This document shows positions 15,455-27,570 of a stretch of 64,000 bases of DNA, piece after piece. Each line of letters starts with the position of its first letter. Position 1 is the stretch's first letter. A program made the position numbers and the translations under genes. The notes below the pieces were generated by a model. It saw only the letters and a program-made list of their open reading frames with translations. It did not search any database and had not been told where the DNA came from. Origin of the DNA: the human T2T-CHM13v2.0 reference genome, Homo sapiens; assembly GCF_009914755.1 (NCBI RefSeq), contig NC_060938.1; one strand, written 5' to 3'.

Positions 15455-17662
15455 GAGAAACTTCCTTGTGATGTGTGCATTCATCTCACAGAGTTGAGCC
15501 TTTCTTTTGATTGGGCAGTTTGGAAACAGTCTTTTTGTAGAATCTGCAAAGTGATATGTTTCAGTGGTTTGAATCCAATGGTGAAAAAGGAAATATCAAA
15601 AAATAAAATGTAGACAGTAGCTTTCTGAAGAACTTCTTTGTGATGTGTGCATTCATCTCACAGGGTTGAAACTTCTTTTGATTGACCAGTTTGGAAACAG
15701 TCTTTTCATAGAAAATGCAAAGTGATATTTGTGAATGCTTTGAGGCTTATGGTGAAAAAGGAAATATCTTCACATAAAAACTAGACTCATGTTTTCTGGG
15801 AAACTTCTTTGTAATGGGTGTATGCATCTCAAAGACTTGAATCTTTCTTTTGATTGAGCAGTTTGTAAAAAGTCTTTTTGGAGAATCTGCAAAGGGATGT
15901 TTTTGAATGGTTTGAGGCATGTGATGAAAAAGGAAATATCTTCATATAAAAACTAGACAGAAACATTCTGAGAAACCACTTTGTGATGCATGCATTCATC
16001 TCACAGAGTTGAATTTTCTTTCATTGAGCAGATTGGAAACAGTCTTTTTGTAGAATATGCAAAGTGATATTTGTGAGCTTTCTGAGGCCTATTGTGAAAA
16101 AGGAAATATCCACAAATAAAATCTAGACAGAAGCCTTCTGAGAAAGTTCGTTGTGATGTCTGCATTCATCACAAAAAGTTGAACCTTTCTTTTGATTGAG
16201 CAGTTTGGAAACAGTCTTTTCATAGAATCTGCAAAGGAAAATTTGGGAACGCTTTGAGGTTTATGGTGAAAAAGAAGTATCTTCACATAAAAACTAGACA
16301 GAAACGTTCTGAGAAACTTCTTTTTGATGTGTGCATTCATCTCACACAGCTGAAATTTCATTTGATTGAGCAGTTTGGAAATAGTCCTTTTGTAGAACCT
16401 GCAAAGGGTTATTTATGAGCAGTTTAAGGCCTATGGTGAAAAAGGGAGTATCGACAAATAAAAACTAGACAGAAACGTTCTGAAAAACTTCCCTGTGATG
16501 TGTGCATTCATCTCACAGAGTAGAAACTTTCTTTGATTGAGCCGTTTGGAAACAGTCTTTTTGTAGAATCTGAAAAGGGTTATATATAGGCGGTTTCAGG
16601 TCTATGGTGAAAACGGAAATATCTTCACATAAAAACTAGACAGAAGCTTTCTGAGAAAATTCTTTGAGATGTGCACATTCATCTCACAGATTTGAAGTGT
16701 TCTTTTCCTTGACCAGTTTGGATAGAGTCTTTTTGTAGAATCTGCTTTGTGATATTTGTGAGCCCTTTGAAGCCTATGGTGAAAAAAGTAATATCTTCAC
16801 ACAAAAACTAGACAGAAGCTTTCTGAGAAACTTCGTTGTGATGTGTGCATTCATCCCAAAAGTTGAACCTGTCTTTGGATTGAGCAGTTTGGAAACAGTC
16901 CTTTGTAGAATGTACAAAGGGATATTTGGGATCCCTTTTTGGTCTATGGTGAAAAAGGAAATGTCTTCAGATAAAAACTAGACAGAAGCATTCTGAGAAA
17001 CTTATTTTTGATGTGTGCATTCTTCTCACAGAGTTAAACCTTTCTTTAGATAGAGCAGGTTGGAAAATGTCTTTTTGTAGAATCTGCAAAGTGATAATTT
17101 GAATGCTTTGAGACTTATGGTGAAAAAGGAAATATCTTCACATAAAAACTGGACGGAAGCTTTCTGAGAAACTTCTTTGTGATGTGTGCATTCATCTCAA
17201 AGAGTTGAAGCTTTGTTTCAGTTGAGCAGTTTGGTAACAGTCTTTTTGTAAAATCTGTAAAGGGACATTTGTGAGCACTTTGAGGCCTATATTGAAAAAG
17301 GAAACATCTTCAAATAAAAACTAGACAGAAGCTTTCTGAGAAACTTCTGTGTGATGTGTGCATTCACCTCACAGAGTTGAAGCTTTCTTTTGATTGAGTA
17401 GTTTGGAAACAGTCTTCTTGTAGAATCTGCAAAGAGTTATTCATGAGCGATTTGAGGCCTATGGTGAAAAAGGGAGTATCAACAAATAAAACTAGACAGA
17501 AACTTTTGAGAAACTTCTCTGTGATGTGTGCATTCATCTCACAGAGTGGAAGCTTTCTTTGATTGAGCAGTTTGGAAATAGTCTTTTTGTAGAATCTGCA
17601 AAGGGATATATGTAGGCCGTTTGAGGTCTATGGTGAAAACGGAAATATCTTCACAAAAACTA
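15455..17662 (+). repeat. Monomeric alpha satellite, essentially all 172-bp-type monomers
   Basis: Seen: every monomer has the 'g(g/t)gatattt(g/a)tgag'-type segment and none has aatggatatttggagc. Inference: H3/SF9 (Ca)-like older layer. Confidence 0.93.
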
Positions 17663-20600
17663 ACTGCTCAATGGGAAGAAATTTTTACTTCTCTGTGATA
17701 AATGCACATGTCACAAATGAGTTACTCAGAAAACTTCTTTCTACTTTCAATGTGAATATATTTCCTTTTTCACCATAAGCCTCAATGCACTCACAGATAT
17801 CCCTTTGCAGATTCTACAAAAAGATTGTTTCCAAACTGCTCAATAAACAGAATGGTTCAACCCTGTGAGACGAATGTGCACATCACAAAGAAGTTTCTCA
17901 GAAAACCTCCTTCTCAGTTTTATGTGAAGATGTTTCCTTTTTGAACATAGGCCTCAATGCACTCCCAAATATACCTTTGCAGAATCTACAAAAAGACTGT
18001 TTCCAAACTGCTCAATCAAAAGAAAGTTTCAACTCTGTTAGATGAATGCACACATCAGAAAGTAGTTTCTCAGCAAGCTTCTCACTAGTTTTTATGTGAA
18101 GATAGTTCCTTTTTCAACATGGGTCTCAAAGCTCTCAAAAATACCCCTTTGCAAACTCTAGAATAACAGAGTTTACAAACTGCTCAATGAAAAGAAATGT
18201 TTACCTCTGTGAGATGAGTACACATATCTTAAAGGAGCTTCTCAGAATGCTTCTTTCTAGTTTTTATGTTAGATATTTCCTTTTCCACCATAGGCCTCAA
18301 CTTACTCCTAAATATCCCTTTGCAGATTGTACAAAAAGCTGTTTCCAGACTGCTCAATCAAAACAAATGTTAAACTCTATGAGATAAATGCACACATCAC
18401 AAAAAGTTTCTCAGAAAACTTTTGTCTAGTTTTTATGTGAAGATATTTCCTTATTCACGATAGGCCTCAAAGCGCTACAAATATCCCTCTGCAGATTCTA
18501 CAAAAAGACTGTTTGCAAACTGTTCAATCCAAAGAATGTTTCAACTCAGTGTGATGAATGCACACATCCAAAGAAGTTTCTCAGAAACTTTCTTTATGGT
18601 TTTTCCCTGAAGATATTTCCTTTTTCAACACAGACCTCAAAGCCCTCACAAATATCCCTTTGCAGATTCTACAAAAAGACTGTTTCCAAACTGCTCAATA
18701 AAAAGAATTATTGAACACTGTCAGATGAATGCACACAGCTCAAAGAAGTTTCTCAGAATCCTTCAGTCTAGTTTTTATGTGAATATATTTCCTTTTTCAC
18801 GATAGGCCTCAAAGTGCTCCAAATATCCGTTTGCAGAGTCTACAAAAAGACTGTTTCCAAACGGCTCAATCAAAACAAAGGTTCAACTCTGTGTGATGAA
18901 TGCACACATCATGAAGAAGTTTCTTAGAATGTCTCTGTCTAGTTTTTCACCATAGGCCTCAAAGTGCTCACAAATATCCCTTTACAGATTCTACAAAAAT
19001 ACTTCTTCCAAATTGCTCAATCAAAAGAAAGGTTCAACTCTGTGAGTTGTATGCACACCACAAAGAGGTTTCTCAGAAAGCTTCTCTCTAGTTTTTATGT
19101 GAAGATATTTCCTTTTTCACCATAGGCCTCAAAGCATTCACAAATATCCCTTTGCAGATTCTACAAAAAGACTCTTTACACATGGCTCAATCAAAAGAAC
19201 GTTTCAACTCTGTGAGGTGAATGCTCACATCACGAGGATGTTTCTCAGAAAGCTTCTGTGTAGTTTTTATGTGAAGATATTTCCTTTTTCACCATACACC
19301 TCAAAGGGCTCACAAATATCCCTTTGCAGGTCTTACAAGAAAAGAGTTTCCAATCTTCTCAATGAAAAGAAACAGACACATCTGGGAGATGAATGCACAT
19401 ATCACAAAGCAGTTTCTGAGAAACATTCTGTCTAGTTTTTATGTGAAGGTATCTCCTTTTCCACCACAGGATGCAAAGCACTCAAAATTGTCCTTTTACA
19501 GATTCTACAAAAAGATTGTTTCCACACTGCTCATCAAAAGAAAGGTTCAACTCTGTGAGATGAATGCACACGTCAAAAAGTAGTTTCTCAGAAAGCTTCT
19601 ATTAAGTTTTTAAGTGAATGTTTCCTTTTTCCCCAGGAGCCTCAAGGTGCTCACAAGTATCCACTGGAAGAATATTTAAAAAGACTGTTTCCAAACTGCT
19701 CAATCAAAAGAAAGGTTGAACTGTGTGAGATGAACGCACACATCACAAAGAAGTTTCTCAGAAACCTTCTTTATAGTTTTTCCGTGAAGATATTTCCTTT
19801 TTCACCATAGGCCTCAAAGCCCTCACAAATATCTCTTTGCAGATTCTACAAAAAGATTGTTCCAAACCGCTCAATAAAAAGAATTATTGAACTTTGTGAG
19901 ATGAATGGACACATCTCAGAGAAGTTTCTCAGAAACTTTCAGTCTGGTTTTTATGTGAATATATTTCCTTTTTCACCATAGGCCTCAAAGTGCTCCAAAT
20001 ATCCATTTGCAGAGTCTACAAAAAGACTGTTTCCAAATGGCTCAATGAAAAGAAAGTTTCTACTCTGTGAGATGAATGCACACATCACTAAGAAGTTTCG
20101 CAGGAGGCTTCTGTCTAATTTTTATATGAAGACATTTCCTTTTTCACCATAGGCCTCCATCTGCTCAAAAATATCCCTTAGCAGATTCTACAAGAACAGA
20201 ATTTCCAGACTGATCAAACAAAATAAACGTTTTTCTCTGTGAGATGAATGCACACATCACAAAACTTTTTCTCAGAAACGTTCTTTATACTTTTTATGTG
20301 ATGATATTTCTTTTTTCTCCCTAGGACTCAAAGCGCTCAAAAATATCCTTTTGCAGATTCTACAAAAAGATTGTTTCCAAAGTGCTCAATCAAAAGAATA
20401 GTTCAACTCCATGAGATGAATGCATACATTACAAAGAAGTTTCTCAGAAACCTTCTTTATAGTTTTTATGTGAAGATATTTCCTTTTTCAACACAGGCCT
20501 CAAATTGCTCAGCAATATCCCTTTGTAGATTCTGCAAAAAGACTGCTTCCCAACTGCTCAATCAAATAAATGGTTGAACTCTGTGAGATGGATGCACACA

Positions 20601-23215
20601 TCTCAAAGAGGTTTCTCAGAAATCTTCTGTCCATTTTTTATGTGAAGATATTTCCTTTTTCACCATAGCACTCGAAGTCGTGACAAATATCCCTTGCAGA
20701 TTCTACAAAAATACTGTTTCCAGACTGCTGAATCAAAAGAATGGTTCAATTCTGTGAGATGATTGCACACATCACAAAGAAGCCACTAAGAAAGCTTCTG
20801 TCTAGTTTTTATGTGAAGATATCTCCTTTTTCATCATAGGCCTCAAAGCACTCACAAATATCCCTTTGCAGATACTACAAGAACAGAGTTTCCAGACTGA
20901 TCAAAGAAAATAAACGTTTACCTCTCTGAGATCAATGCACACACCACAAAGCTGTTTCTAAGAAACCTTCTTTATGCCTTTTATATAAATATATTTCCTT
21001 TTTCACCATTGGCCTCAAAGCTCTCATAAATTTCCCTTTGCAGATTCCACAAAAGATGGTTTCCATACTGATCAATCAAAAGTAAGTTTCAACTTTGTGA
21101 GATGAATGCCCACATCACAAAGAGGTTTCTCAGAAAACCTCTCTCTAATTTTTATGTGAAGATATTTCATTTTTCACCATAGGCCTCAAAATACTCACAA
21201 ATATCCCTTTGCAGAATCTACAAGAACAGTTTCCAGACAGATCAGAGAAAAGAAACGTTTACTTCTGTGAGATGAATGCATACATCACAAAGCTGTTTCT
21301 GAGAAACCTTGTTTATACTTTTTATGTGAATACATTTCCTTTTTCACCATAGGCCTCAAAGCACTCATAAATATCCCTTTGCAGATTCTACAAAAAGAGT
21401 GTTTCCAAAGTGTTCAATCAAAAGAATGGTTGAACTCTACGAGATGAATGCACACATCATAAAGAAGTTTCTTGGAAAGCTTCTGTCTAGTTTTTATGTG
21501 AAGATATTTCCTATTTCATCATAGGCCTCATACCACTCAAAAATATGCCTTTACAGATTCTACAAAAATACTGTTTCCAAATTGCTCAATCCAAAGAAAG
21601 TTTCAAATCTGTGAGATGAATGCACACATCACAAGGAGGTTTCTCAGAAAGCTTCTCTCTAGTTTTCATGTGAAAATATTTCGTTTTCACCATAGGCTTC
21701 ATAGCATCACAAATATTCCTTTGCAGATTCTACCAAAATACTGTTTACAAACTGCCCAACCAAAAGAATGTTTCAACTCTGTGAGACAAATTCTCGCATC
21801 TCCAAGATGTTTCACAGAAAGCCTCCGTCTAGTTTTTATGTGAAGATAATTCCTTTTTTACCATAGGCCTCAAAGTGCTAACAAATATCCCTTTGCAGAT
21901 TTTACAAGAACAGAATTTCCAATCTGTTCAATGAAAAGAAATGGTTACCTCTGTGAGATGAAATCACACATCACAAGGCAGTTTCTCAGAAATATTCTGT
22001 CTAGTTTTTATTTAAAAATAATTCCTTTTCCAACATAGGACACAAAACACTAACTAATAACCCTTTGGAAATTCTACCAAATACTGCTTCCAAAATGCTC
22101 ATCAAAAGAAAGGTTCACATCTGTGGGATGAATGCACATATCAAAAAGATGGTTCTCAGAAAGCTTCTATCTTGTTTTTATGTGAAAGTGTTTCCTTTTT
22201 CACCATGGGCCTCGAAGTGCTCAAAAATATCCCTTTGCAGATGCTAAAAAAGACTGTTTCCAAACCGCTGAGTCAAAGGAGTGGTTCAACTCTGTGAGAT
22301 GAATGCACACATCATAAAGAAGTTTCTCACAAACCTTCTTTATAGTTTTTATGTGAAGATATTTCCTTTTAACCATAGACCTCTAAGTGCTCACAAATAT
22401 CCCTTTGCAGATTCTACAAAAAGACGGTTTCCCAACTGCTCGATCAAAAGAATTGTTGAACTCTGTGAGATGAATACATACATCACAAAGCAGTTTCTCA
22501 GAAATCTTTAGTCTAGTTTTTATGTGAAGATACTTTCTCTTTCACCATAGGCCTCAAAGTGATCAGAAATTTCCCTTTACGGATTCCACAAAAAGACGTT
22601 TCCAAACTGCTTAATGAAAAGAAAGTTTCAATTCTGTGAGATGAATGCACACATCACCAAGAAGTTTCACAGTAGGCCTCTGTCTAGTTTTTATGTGAAG
22701 ACAATATCTTTTTCACCATAAGGGTCTAGGCACTCAAAAATATCCCTTAGCAGATCCTACAAGAACAGAGATACCCAACTGATCAAAGAAAAGAATTGTT
22801 TACCTCTGCAAGATGAATGCAGACATCAAAAAACAGTTTCTCAGAAATCTTCTTTATAGTTTTCTGTGAAGATACTTCTTTTCCTGCATAGGCCTCAAAG
22901 TGCTCACAAATATCCGTTTGCAGATTCTTCAAAAAGACTGTTTCCAAACGGCTGAATTAAAAGAGAAGCGCAAATCTGTGAGATGAATGCCCATATCACA
23001 AAGAAGTATCTCAGAAACTTTCTTTATACTTTGAATGTGAAGATATTTCCTTTGTTACAATAGGCCTCAAAGTGCTCAAAAATACCCCCTTTGAGATTGT
23101 ACAAGAACAGACTTTCCAGACTGATAGGAGAAAAGAAACACTTACCTCTGTGAGATGAATGCACACATCACAAGGTTGTTTTTAGAAAACCTGCTTTATA
23201 GTTCTTATGTGAAGA
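17663..23215 (-). repeat. Monomeric alpha satellite, inverted orientation, mostly 172-bp-type ancient monomers
   Basis: Seen: reverse-complement monomers (tttcctttttcaccataggcctcaaagcactcacaaatatccctttgcagattctacaaaaagactgtttccaaactgctcaatc). Confidence 0.95.
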
Positions 23216-25763
23216 TATGACCTTTTCCACCAAAGGATTCACAGCGCTCTAAATATCCAATGGCAGAGTCTACAAAAAGAGTGTTTCCAAACTGCTCAAC
23301 AAAAAGAAAGTCCAACTCTGTGAGATGAATGCACACAACACAAATAAGTTTCTCAGAATGCTTCTGTCTACTTTTCATGTGAAGATATTTCCTTTTCCAC
23401 CATAGGCGTCAAAGTGCTCTAAATATCCACTTGCAGATTCTACAAAAAGAGTGTTTCAAAACTGCTCAACCAAAAGAAAGGTTCAACTCTGCGAGCTGAA
23501 AGCACACATCACAAAGAAGTTTCTCAAAATGATTCCCTGTAGTTTTTATGTGAAGATATTTCCTTTTCCACAAGAGGCCACAAAGCGATCCAAATATCCA
23601 ATTGCAGATCCTACAAAAAGTGTGTTTCAGAACTGCTCAATCAAAATAAAGGTTCAACTCTGTGAGCTGAATACACACATCACAAAGAAGTTTCTCAGAA
23701 TGCTTCTGGCTAGTTTTTATGGGAAGATATATTCTTTTCCACCATATGCCTCAAAGTGATCCAAATATCCACTTACAGATTATACAAAAAGAGTGTTTCA
23801 AAACTGCTCAATCAAAAGAATGGTTTAACTCTGTGAGATGAGTGCACACATCACAAAGAAGTTTCTCCGAATGCTTCTGTCTAATTTTTATGTGCAGATA
23901 TTTCCTTTTCCACTATAGGCCTCAAAGCTGTCCAAATACAAATTTGAAGATGGTACGAAAAGAATGTATCCTAACTGCTCAATAAAAAGACTGTTCAACT
24001 CGGTGAGTTGAATGCACACATCACAAAAAAGTTTCTCAGAATGCTTCTGTCTAGTTTTTATGTGAAGATATTTCCTTTTCCACCATAGGCCTCAAAGTGC
24101 TCTAAATATCCAACTGCTGATTCTACAAAAAGAGTGTTTCAAAACTGCTCAATCAAAAGAAATGTTCAACTCTGTGAGTTGAATGTGCACATCACAAAGA
24201 AGTATCTTAGAATGATTCTGTCTAGTTCTTATGTGAAGATATTTCCTTTTGTATCATGGCCTCAAAGTGCTCCACATATCCACTTGCAGATTCTGCAAAA
24301 AGAGTGTTTCAAAACTGCTCAATCAAAAGAAAGGTTCAACTCTGTGAGATGAATGCACACATCACGAAGAAGTTTCTCAGAATGCTTCTGTCTAGTTTAT
24401 GTGAAGACATTACCTTTTCCAACAGAGGCCGCAAAGCGCTCAAAATATCCACTTGCAGATTCTGCAAAAACAGTGTTTCAAAACTGCTCAATCAAAAGAA
24501 AGGTTCAACTCTGTGAGTTGAATGCACACAGCACAAAGAACTTTGTCAGAATGCTTCTCTGGAGTTTTTATGTGAAGATATTTGCTTTTCCACCATAAGC
24601 ATCAAAGTGCTCCAAATATCAGCTTGCACACTCTATAAAAAGAGTGTTTCAAAACTGCTCAATCAAAAGAAAGGTGCAGCTCTGTGAGATGAATGCACAC
24701 ATCATAAATAATTTTCTCAGTATGCTTCTGTCTGGTTTTTATGTGAAGACATTTCCTTTTCCACAATAGGCCTCAAAGCACTCCAAATATCCACTTGCAG
24801 ATTCTACACAAAGAGTGTTTCAAAACTGCTCAGTCAAAAGAATGGATCAAGACAGTGATATGAATGCACACACCACAAAGAAGTTTCTCAGAATGCTTCT
24901 GTCTAGTTTTTAGGTGAAGATATTTCCTTTTACTCCGTAGACCTCAAACTGCTCCAAGTATCCCTTGCAGATACTACAAAAAGAGTGTTTCAAAACTGCT
25001 CAATCAAAAGAAAGGTTGAACTCTGTGAGATGAATGCACACATGAAGAAGTTTCTCAGAATGCTTCTGACAAATATTTATGTGAAGATATTTCCTTTTCC
25101 ACTATAGACTGCAAAGTGCTCCAAATATCCACTTGCAGATTCTACAAAAAGAGTGTTTCAAAACTGCTCAATCAAAAGAAAGCTTTAACTCTGTGAGATG
25201 AATGCACACATCACAAAGAAATTTCTCAGAATGCTTCTGTCTAGTTTTTATGCGAAGATATTGCCTTTTCCACTTAAGGCCACATAGCGCTCGAAATATC
25301 CAATTGCAGGTTATACAAAAGGAGTCTTTCAAAACTGCTCTATCAAAATAAGGGTTCCATTCTGTGAGTTGAATGCACACATCACAAAGAAGTTTCTCAG
25401 AATGCTTGTCTACTATTTATGTGAAGATATTTCCTTTTCCACTATAGGCCTCAAAGTGCTCCAAATATCCATTGGCAGATTTTACAAAAAGAGTGTTTCA
25501 AAACTGCTCAATCAATAGAAAGGTTCAACTCTGTGATATGAAGGCACAGATCACAAAGAAGTATCACAGAATGCTTCTGTCTAATTTTATTGTGAAAATA
25601 TTTCATTTTCCACCATATGCCTCAAAGCACTACAAATATCCACTTGCCGACTGTAGAAAAAGAGTGTTTCAAAAGTGGTCAATAAAAAGAAAATTTCAAC
25701 GCTGTGAGATGAATGCATATATCACAAAGATGTTTCTCAGAATGCTTCTGTCTAATTTTTATA

Positions 25764-26460
25764 TGAAGATATTTCCTTTTCCCCTATAGGCCACAAAGGC
25801 CTCCAAATATCCACTTGCAGATCCTACAAAAAGAGTGTTTGAAAACTTCACAATCAAAAGAAAGTTTCAACTCTGTGAGATGAATGCACACATCACAAGG
25901 AAGTTTCTCAGAATGCTTCTGTCTACTTTATGTGAAGATATTTCCTTTTCCAACAGAGACCACAAAGCACTCAAAATATCCACTTGCAGATTCCAAAAAA
26001 AAGGCATTTCAAAACTGCTCAATCAAAAGAAAGGTTCAACTCTGTAAGTTGAACACACACAGCACAAAGAACTTTGTCAGAATGCTTCTCTGTAGTTTTT
26101 ATGTGAAGATATTTCCTTTTCCCCTATAGGCCACAAAGACCTCAAAATATCCACTTGCAGATTATACAAAAAGAGTGTTTGAAAACTTCACAATCAAAAG
26201 AAAGTTTCCTCTCTGTGAGATGAATGCACACATCACAAGGAAGTTTCTCAGAATGCTTCTGTCTACTGTATGTGAAGATATTTCCTTTTCCAACAGAGGC
26301 CACAAAGCACTCAAAATATCCACTTGCAGATTCTAAAAAAAGGGCATTTCAAAACTGCTCAATCGAAAGAAAGGTTCAACTCTGTGAGTTGAACACACAC
26401 AGCACAAAGAACTTTGTCAGAATGCTTCTCTGTAGTTTTTATGTGAAGATATTTCCTTTT
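25764..26460 (-). repeat. Recent tandem duplication of an alpha-satellite dimer (340-bp period)
   Basis: Seen: private variants cccctataggccacaaag, gtgtttgaaaacttcacaatc, catcacaagg, ggcatttc and gaacacacacagcacaaagaactttgtc repeated at +340. Near-identical 81-aa ORFs at 25884 and 26224. Confidence 0.92.
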
Positions 26461-26889
26461 CCACCATAAGCCTCAAAGAGCTCCAAATATCCGCTTGCAC
26501 ACTCTACAAAAAGAGCGTTTCAAAACTGCTCAATCAAAAGAAAGGTTGAACTCTGTGAGATGAATGCACACATCACAAAGAAGTTTCTCAGAATGCTTCT
26601 CCATACTTTTTATGTGAAGATATATCCTTTTCCACAATAGGCCACAAAGCGCTCCAAATATCCACTTGTAGATCCTAAAAAAGTGTGTTTCAAAACTGCT
26701 CAACCAAAAGAAAGATTCAACTCTGTGTGTTGAATGCACACATCACAAACAAATTTCTCAGAATGCTTCTGTGTAGTTTTCATGTGAAGATATTTCCTTT
26801 TCCACCATAGGCCTCAAAGCGCTCCAAGTATCTAATTGGAGATTCCACAAGAGTGTTTCAATACTACTCAATCAAAAGAAAGCTTCAAC

Positions 26890-27570
26890 TCTGTGAGATG
26901 AATCCACACATCACAAAGAAGTTTCTCAAAATGCTGCTGTCTAGTTTTTATGGGAAGATATGTCCTTTTCCACCATGGGCCTCAAAGTGCTCCAAATATC
27001 CACTTGCAGATTCTACAAAAATACAGTTTCCAAACTGCTCAATAAAAAGAAAGGTTCAACTCTGTGAGATGAATGCACACATCACAAAATGTTTCTCAGA
27101 ATACTTCTGTCTAGTTTTTATTGGAAGATATGTCCTTTTCCACCAATGACCTCAAAGCGCTCCAAATATCCACTTGCAGATTGTACAAAAAGAGTGTTTC
27201 AAAACTGCTCAATCAAAAGAAAAGTTCAACCTTGTGAGATGAATCCACACATCACAAAGAAGTTTCTCAAAATGCTGCTGTCTAGTTTTTATGGGAAGAC
27301 ATGTCCTTTTCCACCATAGGCCTCAAAATGCTCCAAATATCCACTTGCAGATTCTACAAAAATACTGTTTCCAAACTGCTCAATGAAAAGAAAGGTTCAA
27401 CTCTGTGAGATGAATGCACACATCACAAAAAGTTTTTCAGAATACTTCTGTCTAGTTTTCTTCGGAAGATATGTCCTTTTCCACCAATGACCTCAAAGCG
27501 CTCCAAATATCCACTTGCAGATTGTACAAAAAGAGTGTTTCAAAACTGTTCAATCAAAAGAAAAGTTCAA
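26890..27570 (-). repeat. Recent tandem duplication of an alpha-satellite dimer (341-bp period)
   Basis: Seen: gaatccacac...ctcaaaatgctgctg...gggaag and agaatacttc...ggaagatatgtccttttccaccaatgacctc...gattgtac each recur at +341 (e.g. 27141 vs 27482). Confidence 0.9.

Noticed and set aside
16800-18500. Perfect palindrome or fold-back duplication at the inversion
   Set aside because: The reverse complement of the first right-hand monomers carries private variants (aatgggaag, gagttactcag) that I could not find on the left; similarity is only family-level.
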